Part shown: positions 1-12,765 of the stretch, piece after piece
How positions within the stretch are numbered: position 1 is the first letter of the stretch
Layout: the number at the start of each line of letters is the position of its first letter
Source of the DNA: Hyaloraphidium curvatum SAG 235-1
Taxonomy: Eukaryota; Fungi; Monoblepharomycota
NCBI GenBank assembly: GCA_025558095.1
Contig: JAIVFI010000019.1
Location: 186,001-250,000, forward strand
Reading direction: 5' to 3'
DNA length: 64,000 bases
The notes under the pieces: generated by a model
Told to the model about the DNA's origin: nothing
Databases searched by the model: none
What the model saw: the letters and a program-made list of their open reading frames with translations, nothing else
Made by a program: the position numbers and the translations under genes

Positions 1-1842
1 ATTTCGCCGCGCAGCGATGGTCCCCCCGTTCCTGCTGCGACGGGGCTGCCGGCAACGGCGGCCCTGGCGGCGACGGGCGGGGCGGAGACGCCCGGGCCCG
101 AGAGCGCGCGCGCCCCAGAGGTCGGGGCGACGAGCGCTGCTGATACCCTTCCGCCGATTGCGATACCCAGCACGAGCACTACGAGCACGACCACGAGCAC
201 GACCACCACGAGCTCGACGACCTCGTCCTCCCCCACGACCACCTCCTCCCCTTCCCCTACCCCGACTCCGGAACCCGAACCCGACCCGGAACCCATCGTC
301 GTCGTCGTCTCCTCGACGACCTTCACGAGCTACCGCCCCTCGCGCACGCGCATCCCCGGGATCGTGTACACCGATTCGCCCGTTTCCGCGTTCGAAGCCC
401 AGGGCCGCGCCGCGGGGGGGATTTCCAGCGGCGCGGTGGTGGGCATCGCGCTGGGGGTCACCGCTGCGACGGTGGCGGTGGTGGTAGGGGTTCTGTGGTG
501 GAGCAAGGGGCGCAAGAGGGCGAGGGACGCGGAGGTGGGCGGCGGATTGGAGCCCGAGGGAGGGGATGCGCCCGAGATGGCGATGGCGCTTGCCCAAGGC
601 GGAGAACCCAGGGCGCCGTCGTCGGCGGGCACAGCGGCCAGCCCGCCGCCCGGGTTTCCCGAGGATTGGGAGGCCGAGGCGGCAAAGGGGGCCGCGGCGG
701 CGGTCGGGATCGTGCGGCTTGCGCCTGCGAGCGAAGGCAGCGCCACCGCGGCGTCGCCCGCCGTCGCGCCGCAGGCCGCGCTGCTCGCCGCGCCGGCATC
801 GCTGCTCGCGGTACCCGACGCGGCCAGCGTGGTCGAGAGCCACGACGCCTTCTCCTTTGTCGAGACGCTGCCCGAGCTCCTCGGCCCCCCCGCGCCCGTG
901 CACGAGGGCCCGCCCCCGACCAACGTCAAGGAGCGCACGGCGGCCAAGCGGCTCGCCATCGCCGCGGCGCGGGCGCACCTGTACACGTCGCCGCACCAGG
1001 CCGACGCCGCGTCGGTGCTCTCGGCGCCGAGGAGCTACGCGCCCAGCGTGGCCACCTCGGCGGCGCCGGACAGGGCGGCGTCGCCGCTGCCCACCGTCGA
1101 CGGGTACCTCGCCGCGGACAGGAGGCTGGGCGGGCTGACGGCCGACGACGCGTCGAGCATCGCGCCGGGGGCGCCGTTCGTCAACCGCAGGCTGCCGTCG
1201 ACCCTGTCGGCGAGCACGCTGCAGTCGACCGTGGTCAGGGCCCTCAACTACCCGACCGTGCCCCCCGCCGCCGCGACGCCCGCGCCGCCGGATCCATCGC
1301 CCGTGCCGCCGGCGTCGCCAACCGCCAGCTCCGCCGGGTCGCCGGGGAGCAGGATGAAGGGACCGCGGCCGCTCGAGCCGCCGTCGCCCACCCGCGGTTC
1401 CGATGGGGAGGGCGAAGGGCGGTCGAGGTCGCCGTCGCCCGCGGATTCGGACCGTTCCCAGGACTCGCAAGTGCCCCTGCTCGCCGCATCTGCCGCAGCC
1501 GCCGCCGACCGCGGGTTGGCCGACCACCCCGCGCTCCCCTCCGCTCCGGTGCACCCGCCCAACACCTTCCACGTCGAGGTCGGCCGCCCGTTCAACGTGT
1601 CGCTGTCGCTTCCCCCCGGGGAGCACCGTGCCGCGCTGGCCGACGGCCGCCCGCTCCCGGCATGGCTCTCGCTCGAGGGCGGCATGCTCGGCGGCACGCC
1701 CTACTTCCTCGCGGCGCCGCTGGACGTGGTGGTGCTCGAGGGCAGGGAGAGGATCAGGGAGCTGAGGATCGTGCTGGTCGAGGGGGACGGGGGCGAGTCG
1801 GTGTTCGAGGGGAGGTCGCTGTGGGCCGAGTCGATCCAGTGA
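1..1842 (+). CDS. Axl2-like single-pass membrane glycoprotein, 3' part (5'-partial)
   Basis: Frame open from base 1. Ser/Thr-rich stalk, TM helix GAVVGIALGVTAATVAVVVGVLWW followed by KGRKR, low-complexity tail, and a C-terminal cadherin-like (CADG/He_PIG-type) motif ALADGRPLPAWLSLEGGMLGGTP. Confidence 0.6.
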   Translation: MSPRSDGPPVPAATGLPATAALAATGGAETPGPESARAPEVGATSAADTLPPIAIPSTSTTSTTTSTTTTSSTTSSSPTTTSSPSPTPTPEPEPDPEPIVVVVSSTTFTSYRPSRTRIPGIVYTDSPVSAFEAQGRAAGGISSGAVVGIALGVTAATVAVVVGVLWWSKGRKRARDAEVGGGLEPEGGDAPEMAMALAQGGEPRAPSSAGTAASPPPGFPEDWEAEAAKGAAAAVGIVRLAPASEGSATAASPAVAPQAALLAAPASLLAVPDAASVVESHDAFSFVETLPELLGPPAPVHEGPPPTNVKERTAAKRLAIAAARAHLYTSPHQADAASVLSAPRSYAPSVATSAAPDRAASPLPTVDGYLAADRRLGGLTADDASSIAPGAPFVNRRLPSTLSASTLQSTVVRALNYPTVPPAAATPAPPDPSPVPPASPTASSAGSPGSRMKGPRPLEPPSPTRGSDGEGEGRSRSPSPADSDRSQDSQVPLLAASAAAAADRGLADHPALPSAPVHPPNTFHVEVGRPFNVSLSLPPGEHRAALADGRPLPAWLSLEGGMLGGTPYFLAAPLDVVVLEGRERIRELRIVLVEGDGGESVFEGRSLWAESIQ

Positions 1843-2117
1843 TCCGCCGATGACCGTTTGGGACCTTTTGTACGCCGACATCATGTCTTATTGCGCATCA
1901 TGCATAGATCTGCATCGTTTCGTCTGCTGCCTTCTTCGTCGGGCTCGTTTTCCTCGCCGTTCACCGTCGTCAAGCCTCCACCTCCTTCGATTGGGGACGC
2001 CTCGAGCAGTTAAAGACTGGGACGCCGGAGGACACGTTTCGTGGTCTTCGTTGGTATTGTTTCACGTGCAACACAGAAATCAGCATAATGACCAGTCACG
2101 AAGTGGGTATCTTGCAA

Positions 2118-3782
2118 TCAGAGAGCAAGGACCGCCGCGATCACCGCCAGCGCTGCCGCCGCGCCCGGGCCGGAGATCCTCCCCGCGGAGCTGGGTCTAA
2201 AGGTGGTCGAGGACGTGGTGGCGGTGCTCGTCGCTGCCGAGGAGGCCACCGAGCTGGAGGCCGCGGAGAAGGTGGTGGCCGGCGAAGGGGAAGGCGAGAG
2301 GGTGGTCGTCGCGGCGGTGGGCACGTCGGAGGTGGTAACGACGACGGAGGTGGCCACCGATGTTGCCGTGAATACCGGCGAGGCGGATGTAGTCACGAAC
2401 GACGTTGCGGCCGAGGTGGTCGGCGCGATCGTCGTGGTGGTGCCGGCCGTGATCGTCGTCAGCCCGCCCGGAACGACGATCCCCAGCCCCGAAGCGTCCT
2501 TGGCGATTGCGTTGAGCGGTGCCGTCGCGGCCGCGTTCCTGGCGCAGATCGGCGACGTCATGTTGACGCAGGCGCCGCCGTCGGCCAGGCACGACAGGCC
2601 GCCCCCTGGCTCCTGTCGCACGATGAAGTAGCCGGTGCCGTTGTTCAGGGGGCCCAGCGAGGTGAAGGGGTCCACGGGGATGGGGCCGGTGGCCGCCACC
2701 CACGGGCTCGAGCCGGTCGTGGGGCCGGTGGGACCGAGGTAGGTGCAGTTGTAGCCTAGCACGTCCGCGTTGGGTCCAACAGTGCCGTTGTAGTAGGTTC
2801 CGTCGGCAAAGTACCTCTTGGCGCGTGTGCAGCGGTCGGGGTCGGCGGCGCTGGCCTTGCAGGGTGCCGTCGGGATCGCCACCTGCGAGCTGAACGAGTT
2901 GGCGGCGGTGAAGCAGCAGGCCATGGGCAGTTCGAGGCACTCGGTATCGCCCTGCTTGGCCACGGCACACAGCACGTGGCCGTCGCCGTCGAGGCGGATA
3001 AGGGTGTCGCTGGTGGCGTTCGTGCCGTAGATGGGGCACAGGAAGCGCGTGCCGCGGGGATCAGGCACCGTGGAGCCGTAAAGCGTGCTCGTGTTGTCGA
3101 TCACGAGCCGCGGACAGCCCATGCCGAGCGCGCAGAAGGTGTTTTGCGGGATCGGTGCCGTGCTGTTGAACTGCACGGCGGCGAAGCCGTAGTCGCCCGA
3201 TTGCTGCTCGACGGCGCCAAAGTTCTCCTGGAGGGCGTCCCACGCGCAGGGGCCGATCTGCGAGCACGCCATGTCCGAGTAGGCGCCCTTCGTGACGGGC
3301 GCGACGGTCCAGAGCGACGAGACCTCGTTCATGTCGCACCCGCCGCAGGCGCCGGTGTTGAATTGGCCGCACGTCCCGCTCCCGGTCGGAGGGGACGAGC
3401 GGATCGTGAAGTTGAGATAGTAGCTGTAAAGTGGGCATCGTCAGACGCGTCTCCGCTGCCCGAGCGCGGGCCACGCTCACCGGAAGTCCTGCGGCTGCAG
3501 GCCGTTTGTCTCGCCCGGCGGGCACGGCTCCTCGGTGCCGTTGACCTGCGTCAACCCGGGGATGACGTCGGGGCCGCAGGGCGCGGGACAGAATTCCCAT
3601 TTGGGCGGTCGCCCAGATCCGGAGAAGGAGCCGGTGTTGTAGTTGGCGCGGCACGCGGGCTTGCCGGTCGCGGGGTCCGTCGAGTTCACAAAGGTCCAGT
3701 ACGGGGGCACCGGCGGGGGGAAGTTGGCAACGGCGGGCGTCACGAGGGCGGCCACGATGGCGAGTGCTGCTGCGAGTTTCAT
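2118..3782 (-). CDS. Secreted Cys-rich, Ser/Thr-stalked, probably GPI-anchored surface protein (2 exons)
   Basis: Signal peptide MKLAAALAIVAALVTPAVA; GTGAG..CAG intron 3424-3480 joins in frame; many Cys; Thr/Ser-rich region; hydrophobic C-terminus AAAALAVIAAVLAL. Confidence 0.8.
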
Positions 3783-6208
3783 TTTTGGGCACCGGTTCGC
3801 GATGCGGGTCCGGTGGCGGCGCGGAGCTTTTGAGGCATGTCGGGCGGGTTTAGAGGCGGCGGTGCGTCGAGGCGCAGCACACTGCCCCAAAGTCCCCTCG
3901 CCAGAACATCGCCTGCCTATTTTAATGATCGCCCATTGGGCACCCACCACATGGCAAGCATCTGCTCTCCGATCTGGGTGCCGTGGGCACCTAACGCTCA
4001 CTAGTCCGGCTTCCCAGTCCTGTCAAGTAATGGACCAAGCCGCCGCTGAACATTCTTTTGGAGGCTGTCTTATTGTCGCTGCAAGCTACGCCAATGCGGA
4101 TAAGCGCCGAATGGGACATCGTACCGGCACCCAGTCCGCGACATATCACAGCCGGTGGCGCCGGCCGGGACATACCCAGGCCGTGCACAAGTACCGAAGT
4201 CCGATTGCCATCGCAGCCGCGACGTCCAAAATAATGGAAACGAGCCCCTTCGAGTTCGACCCGTCCGGGCGCCGGACATTCTGCATGGTAAACTTGGCGC
4301 AAGCCCAGGCCTGCGCCAGTCCTATATCGCCATCCGGCGCCGCGTCCACGTCTCCGCCGTTCCCCTCCCGTACTCCATCGCAATGGCAACATCACTAGTT
4401 CCGCGGCGCCGATGAGCCACACTGCAAGCGGCACAGGCACCGGCGGGCGCCCACCCGCAACCGATGTCGCCGGCGCCGCATCCCCTGCGTGATCCGACCC
4501 CTGGCATCACAGCCACCTCGGTCCACCATCCTTGATCCATCCCACGCTGCAATCCAGGAACCTCTGTAGCGTTCGAACGCGGAAGAGCAGGCATGGTGCC
4601 GCAAATCGCCGCCACAAACGCACAGGGTTTCGACCTGCGCCTGTGCGGGCTTCCTGCGGCGCCTCGCCGCCCACGTGCTCCACAAGCGTATAGGTAGTTA
4701 CGCGGCGGCCTGAGGCGACATTCGAAAGGAACCGTGGCGGCTGCGTCTGATGCCCCGCGCAGGCCGCCTCGACCATGTCCACCGAGAAGCCCCGCGGCGA
4801 AAGGCGCCGCTGCCGCGTCCACGGTGCAGCAGATCAATCATGAGGCAATGAAGAAGACTGCCAAGAGGTGAAGTACCCGTCGCGGAGTTCCAGCTCAACA
4901 GTTGCTTTCGCGGCGTCGAGCCGGGGAAAGCCCGCGACGAGAGGTCCGTCCGATGCCTTTCCGGGCCGGGCGGTCGTCGCGGCACTCCGTTTGGCGATGC
5001 CTCCACCTGCGATGCGACGCAGGCGGGGTAGATCGCGGGCGCCGCGACGGTACCCAGCGGGTGGCGAGTGACAGCTGGTGCTTTTGGTGCACGTCGGTTT
5101 CGCCGGCGCCCGCGAGAGCATGCCAACCAATTGCCAACACATTCGGCAGCAATGAGCGGCCCCGCCCCCGCGGGCTCCGAGTCAGTCTCCTCTGCGCTGA
5201 TGTCCCGCAATCTGCCGCGATCGCCGGATGACACCTCCCGTGTTCCCGATCGCGTGTGCTTCGCCGTCCCGGCCGCGCCGTCCCATGCGGCCTCGCTTCC
5301 TCGCATCCGCTTCAGACTGGCATTTTCTGCCAGATCAAATCCATGCCCGCGGCGCTGGGGCTAGCCATGCCTGGATGGGGCCACCACGAATAGTGCGCTG
5401 CGGCAACCCCGCGCGTCCCGGCGCCGTCCGCGGTCCTCGATCTGCGATTGCGGCGATGCAGTCCGATGTTTCGGTAGCTTCCAAGATCCTGGCGGCCGAG
5501 AAGAGCAGGCATGGCGCCGCGTTTCTTCGAGCCGCTCGGCACAGGCACGCAACCTGCGCAGCGCGGGTCAGATCGCGGCGCCTCGCCGCCCGACTGCTTG
5601 GAAGCTCGTGGATCATGGCGCGGCGTCACGCGGGAAGCTTTCATGCGCAGCCGAGTGGCTACGTCTGAGGCGCCGCGGTGCTGCCGCGCCCCGCTGTCCT
5701 GGAGGTGCCCGTTCCGGGAACTGCGGGTGCCCGTCCATAGGTTCAGCCAACGCGATACCCATGACAGCTGAATGTGACGCATCTCGTCGTGGCCCGCTCT
5801 CTACGAACTTAAAACAGGCGCTTCCGCGGCCGTCGAGCTGGAGAGTGAAAGCCGCGACGGGAGCTCCTTCCACTCGGTCGAGGCTTGCGGCCCAGCAACC
5901 GTCGCAGTACCCCGACGATGGCCAACCGCTTCCCGTGATACAACGGCGATTGGACGGCCGAAGGTAACGCAACTGTCCCGGGAGGGCGATGAGCTGGCGG
6001 TCGCGCAGACGTGCGTCTTCGGCGTCCGCAGGAGTTGGAGGAGCATGAATTACCACCTGAGCGGCGGCAATAAACGCCTCCACCGCCTCGAGGACTCCGG
6101 CTCCTTCGTCTCTGTGCGCTTGTTTCCTGTGCGCGGCGTCGGGTGATGGGAGACTTCCGACTCGGCGGACAACGAGCTGAGTCACCCATCCGCCCGCACT
6201 CCAACGCC

Positions 6209-6676
6209 ATGCCGAAACGCAAGGCCGCCCCCGACACGGAAGCGGAGGAGCCACGCAGACTGCGCAGCCGGACGGTGCCCGCGGCGCAGGAGGGCAGAGC
6301 CGCGGGCGGGGCGCAGAAGGCGCGCTCCGCCGCCGCTAGCAAGAAGCCCGCCTCGCGCGGCAAGGCGAAGGCGGCGCCCGCGAAGCAGCCCGCCGAGGGG
6401 GACACGGAGCCTGCGCACACCCCGGCACGCTCCAAGAAGCCAGTCAACCGCGCCGCCGGCGAGGCCCGCTCCGCCGCAGAAGCCTCCCCCGACATCCTCA
6501 TTAACCGCGCCCCCGTGCTCACCTTGTGGGTCTGCGTGGTGGCCGAGCGCGAGGGGTACGACCACGACGCCGCGCTGACCTTCGGGAGGTGGATAGCGGG
6601 GTACTTTGCGCAGGCAAAGGGGCGCAAGGAGGGCAGATTCGTGGGGCTGCCCGGCCTGCTCCCGCGCGAGACATAG
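6209..6676 (+). pseudogene. Conserved hypothetical protein (INRAPVLTLW family), apparently 3'-truncated
   Basis: Basic low-complexity N-terminus, then INRAPVLTLWVCVVAEREGYDHDAALTFGRWIAGYFAQAKG, a motif I recall from uncharacterised bacterial and fungal proteins. It ends abruptly where it meets the convergent SDR. Confidence 0.55.
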
Positions 6677-7704
6677 TCCTCGCCGTCGGCGTCCTTCGGA
6701 TACTCCCGCGCCTCCCCGCCCTCCCCGCTCACGACGAACGTGGTGCCCCGGCATTCCTCGTCCTCGATCAGCTTCAACACCGCCGCGACCACAGCCTCCA
6801 TCGGTGTCCATCCGCCGAGCATGGGCAGGAACCTCCGCCAGTAACCCGTCGCTGCGGCCTCCTCCGGCGTGGCACCGAACCCGAGCTTGGACATGATCGG
6901 CGTCCAGACGGCACCAGGGCACACCACTCCCGTACGGATCGGCGAGCGATCGAGGCCGGCGGACCAGGCGCGGGCCTCGAGGTCGCCCTGCATCGCGGTG
7001 CAGAAGGCGATCGTGCCGGCCTTGGCGGCTTGGTCTGCCGGAAGGTGGCGGCGTCAGCATACCCCGGGTCCAGTTTCGGAAAATTGGCCCGCAACCCACA
7101 GCAGTACCCTGGCAAGGCGTATCTCCGGTAGATGCCGTGTGCGCCCCCCAAGGACGAGTTGGCGACAAACACCCCCGGTGTCTCGGTGCGGAGCCAGTGG
7201 TTGACCGCGGACTTGGCCAGTAGCATCGTGGCCAGGAGGTTCCCGTTGACGGCGCTGATGGCAACGGAGTCGTCGTTGTCCAGGAAGGAGCCCTCAGTGC
7301 CGTATCCTGCGTTGGCGAACACGATTTCGCAGGTACCAAAGGCGTCCACGGCGGCGCGGAACGCCGCCTTGACCGAGTCAAAGTCATTGAGATCCTGCGC
7401 GGCCAATCGTCGTCCAGCTTGGCCCCGCAGCTGGGACGGTCGGGCGCCGACGCACCATCTTGGCGAACCTCGCCCTGCCCTCCCCATGCTTTACCGCGAG
7501 CTCGCGGAGGACCTCCGCCGCGACATTCTCGTTGCGATTCGCGATCATGATCCCGCGGCAGCCCCGTGAGAGAAGCTCCTCCACGACGGCGAGTCCGGTC
7601 CCCTGCTGCGACGTCGGCGTTCGGATCGCGCGGGATCCCGGAGAATCGCGCACCTCCGTCCCGCCGGTGACCAATGCCACCTTATCTTGCACGTTGAAGA
7701 CCAT
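6660..7704 (-). CDS. Short-chain dehydrogenase/reductase (15-hydroxyprostaglandin dehydrogenase-like), multi-exon; natural stop codon missing
   Basis: VALVTGG(intron)GTG, FANAG, NSSLGG, Y..AK, VCPGAVWTP. The frame runs on antisense through the neighbouring gene to 5809. Confidence 0.8.
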
Positions 7705-8234
7705 CTCTGCTGTAACGGAGGTGACGGAGGGGATCGGGGTAGTTGGACGGGCCCGGGCAGGGGCCTCCGCCAGGACGGGCCTTGGCCGGAAGTGCGACAG
7801 AAGGGAAACTGCGCCGCGCCGGCTCCTTCCGGGAAGTGGAATGGGCCGAGTGAGTGGCGTCGAAGTGAATCGACGTTCCGCGGCAAGTCCAAGTGTGAGT
7901 TGGTGGCAAGGCCGAGCATTCGAATCCGGGAACATTCGACGCCGGCCGCTTAGGCCGCCCGAAGAGAGGATGCCAGGGAATAGCTGATTGTTCATCTACC
8001 TGGCAACTTTTTGCGAGTGCTTGGCGGGATTCGGTCGATACCGGCATGCAGAGCTACAGTGCGCTAGGCAGCTTTCAAGTTCACGGAATCTTGATAGGCA
8101 ATACGGAAGATCTAATGGAGCTACGACTCGAACGTCTATCCTAAACAACTCAAATAATCAGGTCTTGAATCATCGTTCAGTGTAACGCGTCTTCGTGTCT
8201 TCGAAATGCCTCCGACTCCCTCAGCTTTTCCCAT

Positions 8235-8627
8235 CTAGACCGATGCAGCCCACCACCACAGCCCGCTGATCAGCCCCAGTATCACCCCGATGCCTGCATG
8301 CAAGTAGTACGGCCTGGGTCCCTCCACCTTGCGCACCCGCACCAGCACCGCGTCGAAGACCGTCAGCGGCACGGTGCAGGTCACGAGCACCGCTGTGCCT
8401 CTCGCTTCCCCGAGTCCGGCGAGCACCGCGACGGCGATGGCGATGGCCGTGTTGCGAGAGGCGTAAACGCGGACGAAGGCGCCATCGTCGGCTTCGTCGC
8501 GGGGGAGCCCGAATCGCTTCGCTGCGACCAGCGGCCGGAAGAGAGCGTTGGCCGCGCTGGCGAGCATGACGGCGATGAAAGGGAAGGTGACGGAGCGGGC
8601 GGCGATGAGGGCGGTATTGGACGACAT
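8235..8627 (-). CDS. DUF4267-like small membrane protein
   Basis: P..AA..FGLP, YASRN, FDA.LV and H motifs with four hydrophobic segments. Confidence 0.7.
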   Translation of the reverse strand: MSSNTALIAARSVTFPFIAVMLASAANALFRPLVAAKRFGLPRDEADDGAFVRVYASRNTAIAIAVAVLAGLGEARGTAVLVTCTVPLTVFDAVLVRVRKVEGPRPYYLHAGIGVILGLISGLWWWAASV

Positions 8628-9335
8628 TTGCGTGTTGTGTTTGGCGGAGAGGAGGCGGGGAATGAGTCGATGAGTTGGCAACTGACTTGATTGTGCCCGA
8701 CTCCCCGCGCCGGATCCCTCGCTCTTATAGTCTCGCGGCGCGGTGAAGCTCTGTCTCTGCCGTCGAAAAATTGAAGTTTCGTTATGTTATGTTCGGCGCC
8801 GCGGCAGGCGGTGGCGTGACTTTCGCGTGAGCGGCGGAAAACGGGTCTCGCCGCTGGCACCCCGCCCGAGGTTCCGCCGCTCCGCTCCGCCGCTACCCAT
8901 CGTCCGCCAACCCGCCCGGCCGGCCTTTCCGTCGAGCTCTACTTGGGAACGAGCTCAATCTTCTCTTCTGTCGATTGGTTTTCGGCGGGATTCGGTCCGA
9001 GAAGAATGCGTGGAGATGCGGGCAAAGGCTCCAACTGCACGCTTCGAAGGCGGACACGACCGATTCTGCGGCCGGTGTGAAGGCGACAATCTATTCTCTC
9101 TCCTTGTACGCGGTCCGTTCCGGCACATCTGCAAAAGGCTGCCCTCAGAGTTAGTGTTGCGCTGCTGCCGGTCCCAAGATTCCAGGAGGTCCACGAAGTG
9201 CCTCAGCAGTAATAAAGACATCTCACTGCCCGGCATGAAAGCCGAATCTCGTCAAGATAACGCTTAACAGGAAGCTCATCCCGGGCCCATTGCAAGAGAA
9301 AGTGTCCAAAAGACGCTCGCCTGTGCTTTCCTCCC

Positions 9336-11077
9336 CTAAGTGGCGTGGGCTTCGAGCAAGGTCTGCTGCAACAGGTCCAGATCCTCGTTCCTGAACTCCG
9401 ACGTTTCCGCTTTGGGTCCATTGGCGCCGTAGACAAGGGTCTCGCCCGTCTTGCCGTACTCGGGAAAGTCCTCCCCGGGCCTGCCCGAGGCAGCAAAGTT
9501 CACCCAATGGCGCACCATCTTCTCCGCATAAGCGCGTTCCTCCTCCGTTAGCACGTCCTCCCGGAACATGACGAAGGGCACCTCGGCGAGGTGCGACACG
9601 CGGAGGTTGGCAGGGATCGAGTCCACGGGGCGGGTGAAGCGGTAGCGGAAGGTGGGGATGCCCTGCGCCGCGGCGATCTTGGCCGAGGTGCGGACGGGGA
9701 GCTGGAACAGAGTTTCGTTCAGGATCTCGTCGACGGCGCTGAAGAAGGACCTGGAAGGGGCGAGTTTGGTGAGCTGGAAGCACAAAAGGCGGAACGAGAC
9801 GCGCAGGCATCGCACCCGTATTTCTCCTCGTAACGTTTCAGCAGCTCGTCGGTTTTGCCCTTGAACATGGCCTGGAGGAACATCTTGGCCAACGCCTCTT
9901 GGCCCGGTGCGCAAATCAGGGCGGCAAACAGGGAACCCCTGTGCGACGGCGGCAACGGTAAGGCAACGAGCTGCCAATGCGGATTGTTCACGCACTCGTC
10001 CGCGTTTGTTCCGCATAGCAGTGCGTCGACTCCCTTCTTGGCCAGAAGGGGCAGGTTCTTGAGCAGCTCGCCATCCGCGACCGGGGCCCATGATCCCCGG
10101 GGAGCCATGTTTGCCATGGCCGCCTTGAGTTCCTCGCCCGTTTTTCCCAGCAGAAACTCCACTTTTGCAACCCCTGCCTTGTCCTCGGGCCCGCCGGCCG
10201 CCTTGTACAGGGCGTCGAAGTAGACCTGCGCCGCCTCGATCGGTCTCGGTGCAGTGCTGCTAAGAGCGCCGCTCTGCAGGATGGCGCGGCGAAAGAGGCT
10301 CTCGTGCCCGAAGAGCACCGAGAGGTAGTCGCACGAAATGGCGCCCGCTGATTCGCCAAAGATGGTGACGTTTGAGGGGTCCCCGCCGAACGCGGAGATG
10401 TTGTCGCGAATCCACATGAGGCCGAGGCGCTGGTCGTACTGTCCATGGGGCCCACGTGAGCGAGTGCAACGGTGCTCAAGGGCTGGCCTACCAAGCTGAG
10501 GTTGGTCCCGCCGGATCCATCCTTGCTCCATTCCTTGAGCTCCTTGCTGGCCAGGAATCCAAAGACGTTCAGGCGGTACTGAATCGCCACAACGATCACG
10601 GGAGTTCCCAGCTCCGCGGCTTTGGCGACGAGGTTGCTGCCGTCGTACAGCGGCGTCGCGGCCGAGCCCTCTCCAAAAGCACCGCCGTATATCCAGCACA
10701 TGACGGGAAGATTGGTTGCAGTAGTCTGAGAAGAAAGCTACGTCGGCCACCGCGCAACGGAGAAAGGTTGGCGGACGGCTCACATTCCCGGGCGCCCAGA
10801 CGTTTAAGACGAGGCACTCCTCGCCCTGCTCGGCATTGTGAGTGTGTTCATAGTATTGCGGCTTCATCTGCAGCGGCGCGAGCCCGGAAGGCATCTGCAG
10901 CGGCACCGGGCCGCGCCTTGACGCATCCCTCGTCGCCTCCCACTTCGGCGCAGGTCGCGGCTTTTGCCATCGCGGAGCTTCGCCGAAAGGGATCCCCAGG
11001 AATGCGCGAACTCGGCCATCGAGCATCGAGGTGCCTTTCAGCGCGCCCTGCGCGACCGTCACGTCGAGTTCGGCCAT
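9336..11077 (-). CDS. Type-B carboxylesterase/lipase, multi-exon
   Basis: [56 protein letters not shown], catalytic His region SHLAEVPF. Confidence 0.93.
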
Positions 11078-11128
11078 GGGGAGAAAAGGGGGGGGGGAAG
11101 GAAAAAAGGGAAGGCACGGTTGAACCCT

Positions 11129-12250
11129 TCACTCCATCACAGATCTAGCTCGCGCAGCCGTCTCCACGAGGTCCATGAAGACTTTGAACTTCTTCGAATG
11201 GAAGTCCCGGAGCTCGGGCGTGGGATCGCAAGCAACCAGCATTCCGCTTCCTCCCATCGCCAGCATTGCATCCGAGTGTCCCGCGGCAAGCGCGCCCGCG
11301 ATGGCCGCGCCTCGAACCGATCCGTGTTCCGCGTCCGCAGGAATGAGGATGGGCACACCCAGGATTTCGGCGTGGAGCCGAACGAAGAGGTCGTTACGAG
11401 CAATGCCGCCCGACATGACGACCTCATCAACAGCAACGCCGTGGTCCGCGCTTGACGATCTCCCGCGTCCCATAGACCAGGGCATGAAGGCCGGCGTAAT
11501 AGAGAATTGCGAGCGAGTCCAGGTCCCGAGCGAGCGAAAGCCCGACCACTGATCCAGCAGGGTTCGGCGACGGGCGCGGTGATCGGTTGCGGGGTTGGGG
11601 GGCGCTCAGCGCCTGTGATAGAGATCTGATCGGTTGCCGTGGTGATCAGGTAGGATGTGGAGATGTTTGACGAGAAGATCTGGGATCAATGGCGTGGTTA
11701 GCTGGATCTCGATGGCAATAAGTTGAACAATCCTCACTGGGAAAGGCCAGCTTTTGCTCCACCGCAAGATCGATGACTCTTTTGTTGAGCAAATCAAACA
11801 GGCCCTGCCCGGCTCGGTCCGCAAGCTCTTGGCCTTCGGCGTATGCCTCATGGTTCCTGACCAAGTGATCCAAAAGGCTGCCGGTGGAGCTCTGGCCTCC
11901 CTCCAAGGTCCACTCCCCATGAACCGTCGAGCCCTCCTGTGGGCCCCAGATTCCAGGCACGAGCACTATCCGATCCGTGTTAATCAAGTGACACGAGGAG
12001 GTACCCGCAATGACGACTAGGCGCCGAGTTTTCCCAGTCCCGGCATCTCCTAATACCCGATCGGCGCGGCAGCCTATAGTGCCGACGTATGCAGCATGGG
12101 CATCGATCAGCCCTGTGGAGCAGGCCGTGCCAGCAGGCAAGCCCAATTGTCTGGCGGCCTCAGCCGACAGTCCCGCAGCAACTGGTGCGCCCACGGGCTT
12201 TACTTCCTTGGCATTACCGATCCTAGAATAACCTTCTGCAACAAATTCAC
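11129..12250 (-). pseudogene. FGGY-family pentulose/carbohydrate kinase, C-terminal half only, frameshifted
   Basis: GLIDAHA, IAGTSSCH, VPGIWGP, EGGQSSTG, PDHHGNRS, SGG. N-terminal half absent; frameshift near 11450 (YGTREIVKR / ADHG). Confidence 0.85.
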
Positions 12251-12765
12251 CGGCTTCCAGGGTGGCACCACCGACATTGTCGAACATGAAATCGATTCCG
12301 TTCGGGCACAGTTCCGCGAGGGCTTCCGGCGTGGGGCGCTTCTTGTAGTTGAACACCGCGTCGATCCCAAGGTTGTCCCGGATGTAGGCGCACTTTTCAT
12401 CCGTGCCGGCCGAGCCAACGACCCGCAGGCCGGGGACGACCATTTTGCAGAGGACCACGACGCACTGGCCCACGGCGCCCGCGGCGCCCGAGACGAAGAG
12501 GGTCTCGCCGGAACGCGGCGGGTCGAAGTTGTGGAACAGGCCGACGAAGGCGGTGAGCCCCGGAGATCCCAGGGGCCCGACGTAGTAGCTGAGGGGCACG
12601 TTGCCGTCCCCTCCCTTCCCGTCGTCCGGGCACCCGACGATCATCCTGTAGACCTCCATCGCGTCGATCTGGTCCTTCCGCAGAACCTGGTAGTCGCTCC
12701 AGGCGGTCATGATGCTCGACACGACGCTCCCGGCCGATATTTCGCGTTGCGCAACTTTAGAACCC
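12251..12765 (-). pseudogene. NADP-dependent alkenal/prostaglandin reductase (PTGR1-like MDR), internal fragment
   Basis: LGSPGLTAFVGL, GETLFVSGAAGAVGQ, VGSAGTDEK, FNYK, GIDFMFDNVGG. Both ends are missing. Confidence 0.85.

Noticed and set aside
3800-6150. Short ORFs in the intergenic region
   Set aside because: No recognisable motifs or consistent codon bias; a possible remnant at 5750-6130 (-) could not be assigned.
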